64,000 bases of DNA, from positions 1,550,001-1,614,000 of the forward strand of contig JAYWIR010000037.1 of assembly GCA_036172245.1 (NCBI GenBank), given 5' to 3'. A program made the translations under genes and the position numbers. Within the stretch, counting starts at the first letter, position 1, and the number at the start of each line of letters is the position of its first letter. Below the pieces are notes generated by a model, which ran no database searches, had not been told where the DNA came from, and saw nothing but the letters and a program-made list of their open reading frames with translations. This DNA is from Raillietiella orientalis (taxonomy: Eukaryota). Of the stretch, positions 11,001 through 25,399 are shown piece by piece.

Positions 11001-14000
11001 GTTTTTCTTAAATAATAGGACCAAGTATGCTCCGTAAGTCGTAATGTCTGGGCACTCAAATCCTGGGAATCATAAATAAAAATGCCAATGCATTAGATTT
11101 TGGGGGACATGAAAAAGTGGGAATAATTCGAAGATTAACTCTGGAAAGAGATGTGATGAAGACTCTTACTCACATCCCTCGCTCTCGCAAAATGGCTTGA
11201 TATCTGCAAATGAAGATAGCTAATAATGATGAGAATAATAAAGAATCCTTCAGTGATATTGAAATTATCTTGGATCACAGTTAAGAAGCCATCTATTTGC
11301 AAGAAGAAATTTTAGATAGTAGGATGGAAAGTGTCTTCTACGTGTCTTCTCGACATGCTGGAAGGGATAGGGTGACTAACTCCACCAGTTTGAATGCTTT
11401 GCTCCTGATGATGTACCCAATTCTAGGGTTGATTGTGAAACGTTTGTGCTGCTCTTGAAGACGTCCAAGTGGTCAGGCGATTGCCTAGCCATTATAAAAG
11501 TGCGATCAAATTCCTTGATGGATAAAGGGTGGTGGTGGAACGTAGAGAGATGCATAGCGAAGAATCTCGAAGGCTCTAAAGATTCTCCTGTTACTATGCC
11601 TAAATTAGATTGAACTTCACTTAAGACTTCGAATAACAGTGGAAAATGGGGACACCGCTTTAGTTACAAAATGGACAAAACCTTTGCCCGCCTTAAATTG
11701 GATTTTTGGTCATCTGCTTCGATCCTCCATCGTCGTGGAGAACTGGAATACGGAGAATCCAGTACGCTGAAGGACAAGTAGTAGGGTTGTAGTAGAGGAA
11801 GAGTCTGGTGCGCGTTTCTGTTTCTCGTTGAATTGCAGTACAATTCAAGTAAGAGACAAAATGGACTCTACCAAAAATAAGGAACAAACAACTCTCACTT
11901 CGTCTTTTTTGAAGGATGGATCTTTTGAAGTTCTGAAACATTTTTCCATTGCACCAAAACAGAATGAAGAAATCGTGCGGGGGTTCTTTTGGGTGTCGGG
12001 GATGCTCAGTTACTCCCACGTGCGAAAAAGCTTTGACCCCGCACGTGGACAGAGCTATTCCATACGTGGAAGTCCAAAAACTGAAGTTCTCTATTCAGCT
12101 ACACTGTCCACCTCTTTATCGCTCGTTTCCAAAAAACTGAAAGTGGAAAAAGTACTTTAAATTGATGAAATAAAAACACCGGCGTGTTGGTCTTTTGTAC
12201 TTTTAGAGACTCAAGTCTGAATATGAGGAGAATCTATGAATTTATGAATCTATATTGCTCCAGTCAGACGTTCATTCAACTGGCATGCTTGTAGAGAAAA
12301 TTCACTCTCAGAAGTGTCATGCAAACCCCTGATTTCATACATCGTGCGTTTTAGTCTCATGAATCCAATGAGCACCCAGTTGAGTTTTTTTTTTTCTCTC
12401 GTCAAACAAAATCCATCGAAAATGATCACTGCTCTTCCATCTTGCTCATCCCAACTTGCCAGAAGAATGCTGCATATCTAGATCTCCCATCTAGATGACT
12501 CGGCCAGAATTTAATTGGATCTCATACGCATTATTAGTCTATTCAACTAACATAATGAATTTCTTTACACCCGCAATTAGATGGAATTCCATTTTTATCT
12601 GACAGTTCCTTGATATGGTCCACAGTTCTAACTAAGGACTTCTCTGCATTCTCTCTGTATGATACTTTCATGTTCATGAACTCAGTTTGTGGGCACCCAG
12701 ACTGCATTTCAGTAGTTCCAATGATATTCCGTATGTGGCTAATTTGTGTGACACAGTAGGAATTCTTGAAATCAAATCAAATATATGTTATCCATTTCTA
12801 CATTCTGTTCGAAGGATGACTGTCTACAGGGTAAAGATGATGAAGACCTTAATCTATCCTTCAGAAGTGTTAGCTGTTTATTCTGGAGGTTTTCGGAAGG
12901 GATCGCACTGCCTGCCTACTTTACACTGCTACTTGGGCAATGAAAGCTGTGAGAAGAGTTGTTTTTGTATTGATGAACTTTGTAAGTACGAATTCCAAAA
13001 ACAAAAATATTTGGAATAATAGAGGATCAAAATACAAAACGACTTGTTTCAAAAGGGAAAAGAAAGCATTCCTTCCTTCCTCTCACACAAAGCCATCACT
13101 CCTTTCTTATTTGCCAAGTTCCGATAGAAGTCGTAATCGTAAGCAGAAATAAATCATTCATCTCTCTCTTCCAGCGTTAATTGTCTGCAACAACTTCACA
13201 GATACACTGATAGTGTATTTTTTTTTAGAGTGAGAAAAACATGTATTTCCTCTTGCCGGCTTGCAGCTGGTGTGAATTCCTGTGCTAAAGAAGTTTTGGG
13301 CCTATCCAAACTTTGCAAACTCCAAAAAAATTTTGCCAGCGTGGCACGTAGGTGAAATGGTAGCCTCAAGCATCGTTCTGAGGTGTGAGTAATCTCACTG
13401 CAGAGTCAGTTCTTTTACACTGCAACTAAAGTTCATGCTTTTCCTATTCGTTCAGTCTCTTTTCTTCAGCTATCTCTTCCTTTCTTTATCTCGTGCATGG
13501 CTTCTGGTTTTCATTTTGTGTCCAAGGACCATTCAGTTCTGTGAACAACACTCTTGTTTTCGATTTCATGGCAACATCTAGCTAGGAATGCATTAGATCT
13601 CATTCACTTCCGTTGCTGATACTGATGGCATATTCATCATGACGAATCAGTTACCTGACTGTTATTCAGGTGGCTTGGATGAAATTCCGAAAAAGGAGCA
13701 ATAAAATGAGGCATTTTCAATGCAGCAATAAACACTTGGGCACAAGAAATAAACAGTCTCCTATCATTTAGTGGGAAATGCACTTCATGCTCCAGGAGTA
13801 CAAAGTACGAAAGTAAATTTTATGGTTGCATTTTCACTCATGATGTCTCGTGGGATCGTTTAAAAAATGCTCAAGAAGTCAGGAGGATAATCGCTTATTC
13901 TAATATAATGTCACGTTGCAGTAGCAGTGGCTCATGTTTGAAATTACCTATAGCTGTTCTGGGAAAACGTCTGTTCGGAAGAGTTATCAAGAAAAAGCAC

Positions 14001-17000
14001 GACTGTCTGTGAACTATCTGGGCACTGTCTAAACAAGTGGAAAGTATGCTTTTCGAGTTTGCTCATCTGCTATCCGCTAAGAGCTTCCTTAACGACTGCA
14101 GAGCAGCAGCCATTGCCAACAAGTAAATAACCCAAGGATTTTTCACAGGACTTCTGATATCATTACACATATTGGTGGAATAAGCGTTTTCAGTTCTGAA
14201 TTCATCATTATAGCGCCGTGACTGTGGTCGTTCCTCAAGCAAGTTCGATTGCTCGAAATGAAAAATATATGTTTTCCGAGTATCCTTGTTTGTGAGGTGG
14301 ATTACGAGAATATGATAACCGAGGAAGAACTTAAGTTCCGTTCCAGAAGCGAATCAAGAAATATACATGGAATGTTCGTGTTAACTACCGACATGAAAGT
14401 GACGAATTCTCTCTCCCTCAGGATATGTCATTTCGCACTAACCACTTGGAGGTTTTCGATCGATTAGTCGAAGACCACAGATCAACTCATCCACCAAACA
14501 AGAAAATCGTATACCGAGTGAAATCACTATTCCCTTAAAGTCTTTCAGTACGACGAGTGACCAGATCATCTATGAAAATACTGTCACTAATACATTGAAC
14601 CATATTTAGAATCAGCCGAAAACCTCCCTCTCAAAAGAATCAAAAAATGTAATGCAAAATCAACTTTGGCATCAGTTGAAATGGCAGCAGAATCGTTCAC
14701 GAACTCGCATATCTGGAAAGAGCTTCTGACGCAAAATTATCACTTCGCGGAAATGTGAGTACTTTCCAGCAGTGCTCATATGAGGAATGTAATAACCGAC
14801 TCGAAGTATTTCGTGTGTGAAACTACATTCTTTCGCGATGGCTTCTCCAGAATTTGAGAGATGCACATCATAAACTGGGAAACTTGCTCTGTAATCTGTC
14901 TCAGATAGTGTTCCTGGAAGTTTAGACAGGGTGATGACGTTCACATGGCTTGACATTCCACTGCTCAACAGCATCATTCCTCCAAAAAGCGCTTCTCATC
15001 ACCCAGAATGCAACCAATAAAATATTCAAACTAAATTGAGCAATTTAAATAACTTTGAAAACATTAACTTAGAATGTTTCTCACACTGTGAGATTTAGCG
15101 CTTTGGTTTCTGCGAGAATCGCAATTTCGACTTGGTGAGGAACAGACTGCAGATTAAACGATAGGATGCAAAAACATAAGATTATATTCTCTATATCATT
15201 AGATATGAGAGCCTGTACCATCGGGGCATTGTAGTATTTGAGTAGCATTTAATGGATACAAATGCTCAAAAAGGAAAAGGCGAAATCATCATATGTCATA
15301 TATGTAAAATGCAGGCCAAAAAAAATTAAAGCTTCCAGAAAATTCTTTTACTTTTGTAAAAGAATGTAAGGGATTCTTTTTCATTTTTACAGAAAAGCTT
15401 AATCATTCAAAATCTTTTTTGTTTTTTTCTCTAGGAAAACTCATTTGAAGGCATTTGACTTCAGCTGAGCTCAAGCGGAGACTTGGAAACCCTTGAATTC
15501 AATGGAGTGTTTCAAAGCATCTTCTTCAGATGCTGTTTTTCTCAAATCATCAATTCATTGGTAAACACCACACTCTCTTGGATTCTGCTTTCATTTACTG
15601 TTACGTTCATAAATCTTCTTGTTGCTGACTGTTTTACTTATAATTCTCTCATTCGGTTTTCAGCTTCCTGATTTTCCTGATCTTTCACGTACTCCAAAAC
15701 TTTCATGCTCATCATATTTGCACGCTCTTCTTAATTAGATGCATTCTGTCATCACCCGGAGGGTCGCCTTTGCTTTTTGGTAATAAAAGTACTTTAGATT
15801 CACAAATGGAAACATTTTTCCCCCTAGGAGCTGGAAAAGTGGAGAACTGTGATTTTACTGTAGAAATGCAAAACGGGCGAAAAAAGATTTGTAAAATATA
15901 GAACAGTTCACTTCACCGAAGGTTGGAGAATTCAGCTTCCTTCTTCAGACTATCCGACTGGAGGGATTGCAAAGGCTGCGGTGCTTCCTTTTCTTCGTCG
16001 TGATGACGTGCCCGCCACATAAAATTGAAGGACGGCAGACAATCACCCGATTATCTTTCTGATCGGTTCATCTCTGAAAGTCATCAGCAAATTTGGTTCG
16101 CAAGGCTCACTCCCCCTCCGGGTGTGCTCGGAAGGCTACCAGCAGCAGGCTCACTTTTGCTCTTGTGCTCTCCATTCTAGACAGAAGGCAGAGAGGACCA
16201 ACCACGTGGATGTATTGATTGAAACCGAAATCTTTCGGTGAGCACTATCGATCAGAGCATTTCTGATACATTTCCTGATTTAGAAAAAAGGTATCAAGTC
16301 GTCTCGTGCACTGAGAAACGAGAAAGCGCTAACTTGGATACTGCTATCAGATTTTGCATTGGATCCAATTTTCGGAGCTGTTGACTTCTTCGAGTGAAGG
16401 CAGGACCCATTTTGTCTAAGACGGCCATCCTTCTTACAACCGAGAAGTGTGAATCATTTTGTTGTTTATTGAGTATCTGAAAACTAAACAAAGACTGGAA
16501 TGCCAAAGCATTCTGGGAAGAGTGTTCAGAGGAAACGAAAACTCCAGATGTATAAGTTATCATGTAATTTAAATATTAGAAATACAGGAGGGACATGAAA
16601 GATAAAGATGTCTCTGGAATTCGGCAGATCAGTCTAAATTATTTTGCCGATTTGCTATTGAGAATTGTTCTTTTTCGTTTTTATTTTTTAAAAAAAAATG
16701 TCACTCGATAAATCATTTTGCTGAAAGATGTCTTGTAAACTCCAGCCCAAAAGCATCAGCGAGTAAAGCAATCCATGCTAATGATGGATACTGAAGTCAA
16801 CAAAATGTACTTCAAAAAGATGACATTTTTTTGGCTACCTTTCCATTTCACAGAGAAGATCGAATTTTTTTTCCAGCCAGGTGTTCTACATGATGCTCAA
16901 TACGTGCTGCTAATTCTTTTATTTGGAATCGAAAGCTCGCTGAGTGATGATCTCTGACAAATAAAAACGCGTTCATTTCAAAGAAATATTTCGTACAATT

Positions 17001-17199
17001 GGATTTTGGATTAACTCTGATGTATTTCGTAACAACAAGCAGTCCCTCTGGGTGGCAAAAAGGAAGCAATATCAGTTTTTAATTGTAAAATATGATGATC
17101 ACCATGGTGACTGTAAAGTCTCATCGAGAAGACTAGAAAGTGAATTGGCTCGGAAAAATTTTCATATCCACAGAAAAATGTAGCCAAACTTCTACCAAC

Positions 17200-18800
17200 T
17201 GTCTGCCGTAGTAGATAGGCAGAAAAGACACTAGAAGTTCTCTTTTATCCAGTCCGAGATAAGTGCACCTTTCTCTAGTGCGACCCACAAACATTTTCTA
17301 AAATGGAGTGGACGCATCCACACCACTTCATCCAAAAATCTCAGCTTGCCATCCGTCGAACCTTCCTAGCATAGTGTATGACAGCGTACCCTTCACAGGC
17401 ATTTCCCAATCCTTCCCGTTGTCTGATGCCTGAACTTTAGACACCGAATCTTCGCTTCAGCTTCTTATGACGCGGACATTCAATTCGTGCATCTTCTAAA
17501 AGCATATGATGTCCAAGAAGTGGGACAATCCTCTTCCTTTTGCACGCGTTAGTGCGACCATTGAGGCTCCAGCTCGCCAACCAGATGTTCTTTACAGGAG
17601 ATAGGAAGCCATCAGTGTCAGTTGGGTTTACTCTCATGGCTGACCTCTTCTCTGAATCTGTAGTCTCTTGTGACGAGAAGTTCGATGTGTGGTTTTTCGT
17701 TTTCGACTGATTCTCAGATCATGTAGTCACCACCATCTGTTCAGCGGAAATGTTCCAACATCTCCATCTGTGGACGTTTCTGCTTAGAGGTGGGTTAGTG
17801 GCTTTGGAGCAGTGAGGACGCAGGCTCTTCAGTTCACTATGACGGTGAGTCTGAATCAAGGGTACGCCGACTTGTAGCAGTGATTGCTCCTTGGTCTTCT
17901 TGTCAAAATATGCCAACTTTGTTGTTTTTCTGTTCATCTGGTCGCTGTTGGAGCTCCAGCCTCAGACGTGTCGTATGTTGGGTCACTCACCCTTTCCAGG
18001 GACGCATTCACCCTCCTCCTCCTGCAAGCGACGAGCTACTATCGCGGTATGTTTTACTGACTCAAGTCTCTAAGTCCTTGTTTGCCTGACGTCAGTTATT
18101 GGTGCCATCTCGTTATGAGGTTTTGCTCTGCTGAAAAGGTTATCTCACACGATACCTCCATCGTCATTGGGTACATCCTGTTGGATTACTGCTTTTCCTT
18201 GGTGTATTTTCTAGTCTTTGCTACTTAGCTGCTTTCATGTCATTCGGCACTAGCAGTCCACTCACTTGCTGACGACCTTGAATTTGGGGCAGTCGTTTCT
18301 TACGAGGACTCGCAAAAATAACGGCACTTTGGAGGCGGTCATAGGATTATTAAATGTTAGGGATGATCGCACTTCAGTCAGCATTCATCAGCACATAAAG
18401 CCTTCCTGTGTGCGAACTCCATTCATCCTAGGCAGAATACCGGCTGATGCTTGTAGGACAGCAGTGCTCATCAGGATAGGGCACGCCGGGATGGGGGTGG
18501 GTCCGCCCTATGAATCCAGGAAGGGCTCGGAGTCTGTTCCTCTCACGCTTGGTAAGGGACCAGTGCTCATTCTGGAGCACGCGTCCACTCGGACCAAATC
18601 GCAGATCCGAGCTTCTCACTGCAGATTCATTCCTATCATTGCTTGTACACAGACATGCCTCCTGATACTCTCATTAGGCTTGTTCAAAGAGCGCACCTTC
18701 CAGCTCCGCGCTGAGAATGAATACAGAAAACCTTTTGACGGGAGAGAGTGTTGTCTTGAAAATCTAGATTTGCTCGATGAAGAGTAATATATTTTTGTAT
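17200..18800 (-). mobile_element. Degenerate R2-superfamily non-LTR element fragment (late RT to CCHC/RH region)
   Basis: Minus strand: SSLTFN (LSP.LFN-like) near 18360, QVGVP (GGLG.P-like) near 17870, and ACKRK..LLGHHM...CPRHK (CCHC plus RH motif preceding a restriction-like endonuclease) at 17460-17550. Confidence 0.4.
18472..18560 (+). repeat. 89-bp internal piece of unit A flanked by a 10-bp direct repeat
   Basis: Near-identical to the reverse complement of about 48260-48348. Flanked by cagtgctcat at 18462-18471 and 18561-18570. Confidence 0.9.
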
Positions 18801-19249
18801 TTCTACGAAATTGAAATTTTTGCGGTTTTATTTCTCAATGGACCAACGAGGAATGAGACTGTTTCCTTTCCTGTATCAATTTGTCTTATCTTTTCTTCTG
18901 CTCATCCGGTGCTCCGCATCTGTTTGCTGACAAGGGCTGCTGAGGTAATGAACGTAGTTGCCACAACTGCGGCCGCATAAGAAATGAGTGCCTACAATGC
19001 GGTCAACTCCGTTCTTGTCGTGTGTGTTTTCTGAGCTGCATGGCTACTCTCAATTCTGTGGTAGCTGGTCATCTTTCACACCACATTGCCTTCCGCAATG
19101 ACTGGTTCAATCTGAAAGCGAACACGAAAGCCTGTTGCTCCTTAATGAAGACCATTATTCAGGTCAAGCTGTTCAGGTCAAGCAGTGGCAATCAGTTTGG
19201 AGCACGGGACACCTTCACTAGATCACTAACAGTTATATCCTTCTGAGAA

Positions 19250-22200
19250 AAGTTCACGGAGATTCGCGTAGTATCCCGGATTATCTTAAGGATGCGTCGG
19301 TAGATCAGGATGAAATACTGCTACCCTTCCGAATTTCGAATTTCTTCTTCAACAGTTTCATTCAGATGTCTGTGGCTGCTGCATAGACTTCTCTTCAGAC
19401 CTTCGTGTACCGTATTAGTATACTTTCAATTAAAAAGACGATATTTGCTCTGGTGGTTACTTCGTCCTTGGAGATGTTCCCTTCCCCTTACAGTAGTTCT
19501 CGCAAAATTTTCATCCTTTTTCACTCCCAATGGGTTCCTTGTCACTTTCCGGTTTTGCTTAAGGGATGCTAAGATGTCTGAAGAAGGGGTAACAGAGAAT
19601 CCTTCAAGCCAGGGAAAGTTTTGCATTGACTTGCATCTCCAGTTTTGCGTTCTGAGAGAGCTCAGAGTCCCTTCGTGATAGAATATCGGGTGGTCATCTT
19701 TGTCCTCTGGTGGCATCTCGAATCTTCACAAATTCGTTTCAATCTCTAAGGGATTGGCAGCAGCATTCCCGATATTCTTGTCATGTTTTCGGAGGCTTCA
19801 CTTTCACTGCTGATTGTTTGAATTGATCTTCTGATCTTCTAAGCCTAAGCAGAAACTATTCTGACCTGAGAGTTTGAGGTGTGCGCACCCAGGCAGCTAT
19901 CTCGAGCTCTCATCCCTTGCTCTGCATCGCCAGCGAGTGTATACGACTACAGGACCTCGATGCAGGGCTGAATAACGTGTGTACCAAGAAAGCTGCTATT
20001 CATCCTTACGTCTAAGTTCTGTAGCAGTATGTTGCAGCTTTGCAAACATTGCCATTTAATGGGAGCTACTCTTATCCGGCGATGGTCCTTGCTGGTCTTC
20101 TTTCGAGACATTTTTCGGTTGCCATAGGATGAGAATGAAGGTAATTATTCTAAAACTAATTCCTTTTTTCAATTTTCTTAACTCATTAGGACCCCCTTTG
20201 GTCTCGTAGTGTTGGCCAGTTGCTGCTTCCATGATCACGTTGGGTGGAACCTGTTCTATCGGGTTGTTTTCCATATGATGATAGGCATCGTGCCATGTGT
20301 TCCTTCGTGATCTTGAGTGTGCCACTGAGGTGTGGTGCGGATGTGTGGTTTGATGGCGAATTCAGGGTCACTCATGTATAGGCTACCTTCCCTCGTGAGT
20401 GACACGCAGATTCCAGCCTCGAATTTGATTACTTTCTTTACACAGTAATGCATTTTGTGTTTGGGTCAGCAGTCTCTTAACAGCATGCGACGGCGTATGG
20501 TGAAATCTGGTTCTATGCAGAAACTTTGCCTTCGATTTTAAAGGCTTGTTTTTTTCCTTAAAGTTAAACTGAGGTCTTGGACGTCTGTGTGTTTCTTCTT
20601 TGATTATGTGTGGCATTTGATTCCATTAAGTTGACGAAACTCAGAAACTATCTCCAATGTAAACGTCCGGTTTCTTCACGTCGCTCGCTACCCTGAATTC
20701 TTCTGTTGTTAATGTGATGATGTCTGGGATTCCTGCTGCTTGAAGCTCACACTTGTTAATTCGGGTCCCGAGTCCATTAGCTCGGCGATGCATAAGAGAG
20801 CTCCTTTTGATCTTCCTCGCCTACCATCACAAAGGGATCATCGGCGTTCTCTCATCTCCAGATGCATGCTGCTCTCATCTCAAAGCTGAATGCATCTTAA
20901 CACACTGCCTTTAAGGATGAAACTTCCTATCGCCTTCGTATGGAGGTGGGAATGAGGGCATGCATGCACTTCGGGTCATTACTCCTGCACTCGGATAGGT
21001 TGATAGGAAATTCAGCTTTCTCTAAAACTATTTTTCAGTATGCATAATTGTCTTGGGAAATGTACTTCTTAAGAACTCTCGATCTAGTTTCAAATGCCTT
21101 TTGGAGATCGATGGAGATCGAGTCCCAATTTTCCGATGACGAGCTTGTAATCAACAGCTCCGGAGCACCTGATGTTTTTCACACATGTGGCATTCAAACG
21201 CAGTACACGCTAGCGTAGGATGGACTTCCGATCCCATCCTGTTCTTACTCAGTTGACTCGGAATTTCTCTGACCTTGTGGCATCCAAGCAGATGTTAGAG
21301 CCAAGCCAACATTGGGGGGAGCTTGCTCTGGTCCTCACCCTTCGGAGGGATTCTCATCTTGCCCTGATGGTGTGCCTGAGGAAGTTTGCCTTCTTCCGGG
21401 ATTTGGTCTAGCAGCTGGCGAAACAAACGTGGATGTGAGAGCAAGTATCGCTGATTGTGAAGGCCCTCTGTAGCATCTTTCAGTGTTCCTCCAAACGTTT
21501 TTTCGATTTTTTATGATATGGGCGGTGCATTTAACTGCGTTTTCTGAGGACTTCTGAACGTCTTCCTCATTCAGGATCCTGCATGGTGATGTTGCTCTCA
21601 TTTAAAGGCTGCTGCGAAATAGGTCACTGAAATAGTCTTCGAAGTCCACAACTATTCTCTCCGAATTCATACAACTTCTGTTTTGATGGAATACACAGTA
21701 TGCTCTACCTTTTCAAGATACTGAAGTCTTCATCGACTTTTTGTTGGATATCCTTCCTAGAGTTTGTGCCAGCATAAATGCTGATATCTCTCTTTAAGTG
21801 CTGTTCTCTGTACATTCTTTTCTCCCCGTGTTTCACATCCGAGAATAGATTTATGACATCCTTTAATTGATCTGTCTTCGACTCTCTCGATGATGTTCTC
21901 AGGACTGTTTCTAGGACTCGTCGATATTGAGGGTTTGCTTCACATCAACCAGGAATACAATGATTGCAGCCCTCATCCTGTTGTTTCTTCTTGAGGTTTT
22001 CCGTTTGCATCTGCGAACAGCCCAACACACCTTTGGAGTGAAAAACATGCTCTGTCCATACGTGGAACATCATAAGTGGAACATCTTCCACGAGTGATAG
22101 GTGGCCTAATGTCTTTGGTTGTTCTAGAACACGTTGAGGTGCCCCACAATAATGAGGATGTCTTTAGAAGTGCACTTTTGTCTTCAGAAAACCCATTAGA

Positions 22201-23080
22201 GCTCTCATTCCTCCTCTCATGTTCTTTTGAGGCTCCAGCACATTCCTTAGAATCCCATAAACGTTTCCAGATCACGACATTTACAGGGAAGGTGCTTGAC
22301 TTTCCCGGATTTTAGATGTTTCCTTGTGATCAGTTCTTTACTAGGAGTATCACTCTGTTTCTTTTCTTGGCGCCTTGTTTCTTAAAACTCAGAGCTCGTA
22401 AATGAAAATTCAAGGTTCTGGATCGGTGCTTATGTCTCCTGGAGAAAGACGATGCCATCTCGCTGAAAGAGTCGCAAGATTCGCCTGCCCTTGACTGGGT
22501 TTGTGTATTCTTTGGGGTTTTATAATACCACTCTGATCCTTACCTGATGACTTATCCTTACCTTCAGCGACTCAGTTCTTAAGATAGTTAGCTATCTTCA
22601 GCAAGAGGTTTTTATTACCTGTATTTTTCGTCTCCTGAGAGGCTGGGACTTCTCTTCCATCACTCTGCTACTATCCTCCCGGAGTTCTGCCAATTAAGTT
22701 GGTGGTTCTAGGCTATGCTTTCGGTTTTTGTATCTTCGTTATTCGTTGCCCTGCTCTTCGTACCCCAGTTTGGAGTACGCACAAGTGCCATTGCGTACTC
22801 TTTCCACCTCTCAAACTTTCGATGATTCCTGACGATAGCTCTCGGCATCTCTGCCTGCGGGAGTCGAGCAACGCCATGCAGTTGAAAGCCGTCGTTCTAG
22901 CCTCTTCCTTTTAAGGACGGCAACCGTTTTGCTGAGAAGATGGGGTCCTTATCTTGTTCTTCTTCGTGTTAATGATGTCACGCTGGTTTTATTCGTAAGG
23001 GCATGCAATCTTCTGGAGAGCCTGTTCTTCGCGGGTTTGCTGCTAGCTTTCATTCAGGATTGCTTCTGCTATCTGTATTC
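19250..23080 (-). mobile_element. Degenerate, near full-length R2-like non-LTR retrotransposon
   Basis: Minus-strand motifs in correct order: N-terminal Zn-finger-like traces near 22050, SIDLQKAFET at 21086-21115, NADD (YADD-derived) near 20840, GTRINKC near 20760, KPLKSK (LKP.QK-like) near 20540, C-rich knuckle near 19900, RKHD near 19785. Confidence 0.6.
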
Positions 23081-23099
23081 ATTTAATCAGAGATGATCA

Positions 23100-23485
23100 A
23101 AATCTCGAACGATCATGAAAGATAAACATATACGCTCAATCTACAAATATCAATATAGACATTTATTCAATATGCATGTTGCCTACATACATATTAGCAG
23201 TAATATTATAGGAACAATTAAATTTAGTAAGATTAGGTGCCATATATTTTATCAATAAAAATTAATAGTTGCTGATTATACTGTTGATATACATCTTAAG
23301 GATTATAAAAGTAAATATATATGCATATTATATATATTGATATAAAGATATGAATTGAAGTGTATCATAAAGATTATAATAAAAAAAATACATGCCTCTT
23401 ATATATTAATTATGTATCATTGCCCATAATTTATCCCTGTTTTATTTTCAAAATTAACAGCTACAAAATTGCAAATAATGTGGAT
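23100..23485. other. Sharply bounded ~80% AT island
   Basis: Sampled 60-mers contain about 11-12 G+C, far fewer than the flanks. No convincing ORF. Confidence 0.8.
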
Positions 23486-25399
23486 AGGCCCTTCTCCATC
23501 TTCCATTCTTCCTTCATGGTCATTGAAGTTGTGCTGCAAGGGACGACATAATGGGTTGCACTGATCGGAACGTCCTTAGGCTGCATTTCGGCGACGCCTT
23601 TCGCTCCGTCCAAGAGCTAATCTTCGTGTGGCTGTCACAGGTATTGGCATCATCTGGCAATCGTCGAAGTCTGTGTGTCCATCTAATAGATGTTGAGAGT
23701 GTAGAGAATACATGAGGCGTCCAGGAGTTGTCTCACTTAATCGGCATGCGTCCACGAGACATTCTGTTCACGGAGGACTTCCAGAGTCCCGAGTTCCCAA
23801 AGATCCAGTGATGCATCTTTGCTTCGACTCCTTTCTTGGATTGCTGGTTGCGACATTTTCGTCTTTGGATTCTTCCTCATTCTTGGAGATGCTGAAGGCT
23901 TCTTCTCCATTCCCAGACTACATCCAGCATCACCATCCCGTTAACCTTCCACAGTACCAGACCACGCCTCAGAGCTGAACCGCGGTCACTACTTTCCATC
24001 CCGCTGTTTCCACCGCTGTTATCTAGATCTCGTTCAAAATCGCGTCATGCGGGGCCGTGTGCAGACGATAGTGACTCAAGCGATGACTTGTTATCTCGCC
24101 GCACAGACCACAGAGACGGCCCGAGTGATCAGTTACCTTTTTGCAGCTCCTCTCATGGGGAGCAGATTTAGTATTGCAACTTGGATGAATCTGTTGTGCG
24201 CAAATCTCAGGTAGTGCCTATTTTTAAGAAAATAGCTCGAGGATCCATGAAGTTGGATGCAGTGCATGGCTATCTCTTGATCCAAATGCTGAGTTACCAA
24301 GGATTGCCATGCGTCTTCATGTTTTCATGTGTCAAATTTCCTTTTTTCTTTCTCCTTTGCTTTGCATCGCCCGCTTTTCCTTGCGGTTGAGCTCGCTCGT
24401 GACATGGCCAACTCCCTGTTGGAAGAAGCACCTCCGGGGTTTCATGTACTAGAAAGATAAGTGAGCTGGTTGGCCAGACTCCCGCCATCGCAAGAAATGT
24501 CGTCGCGATGCAGCGACGTAAATTAAACTGATGTCAAAACAACACCTGAAACCTCTCGGGATGAGTGTCTACAGCCTCCACGAGACTGAGGATTTTTGTT
24601 CCACCTTGGAGTCGGATTTGGATGCATGCCAGGCTAGAGAAGCCATGAATATGTTTTCCTCCTGGACTTCGAAAAAGTCTCCGCATTAGAAGTGCTTTCA
24701 GACGATCTGTTTTGCCGTGGCCGGCTTGAGCATGAGAAGATGTACGATAGATGCGATCCTGCGAGAGATGGCGTTCATGTCGCGGACGTTAGACACTTAC
24801 ATACACGGTGACATTCAGTTCATTTTCTGGAGTCTGTTCGTGTACAAGGTGGAGCCATCCACCGATGGGAACGGTAACTGTGTGTGCTGAAAATCTGCGT
24901 TTTGTTTTTTTTTTGTAAAACGCGAAATAGAAATGGCAAACTTGAGGGTTGTGGACTGGGCTTACCATAGAAGCGCCTCTACGCATGTTAAGGTCCGTAG
25001 CCGCCGAAATCCACTATTTATTTCCGATTCCACTTTCTTCAAAAATGGCAGCGTTTTTTACTAGGATTGCGAAGGACTCACCATTGGTTATATATTACAT
25101 CTACCGTTTCTGCGTAGGTCTCCGATTACTTGTAGATGCTACGGTGATCACGGATTCTGGCAGTCCATCCATGGGGTGATAAACTTGCTGAAACTTTTTT
25201 CATCGCTGCAGTGAAGAAACAGTTACGGTCACTCTCATTAGGCAGCCTTGGGATGGGGGTAGTCCGAAACCATGCAAGTGAGGTCTGTCTTTGCATTATA
25301 GAAAACTCTATCTGGACCTTCAGAAATTGAATGTCCATGGTGTCCTGCTTATAAAGGGAACTGGATGGAGTTTTTAAGTATCAGTGAGCTCACCAAGGC

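Noticed and set aside
14672..14977. HEILRVGYYIPHM resembling a Gypsy integrase zinc-binding region
   Set aside because: Single short motif with no flanking integrase core, RT or LTRs recognised.
17176..17192. tagccaaa resembling the R2 28S rDNA target
   Set aside because: Only about 9 nt, on the wrong strand relative to the adjacent element, with no other rDNA sequence.
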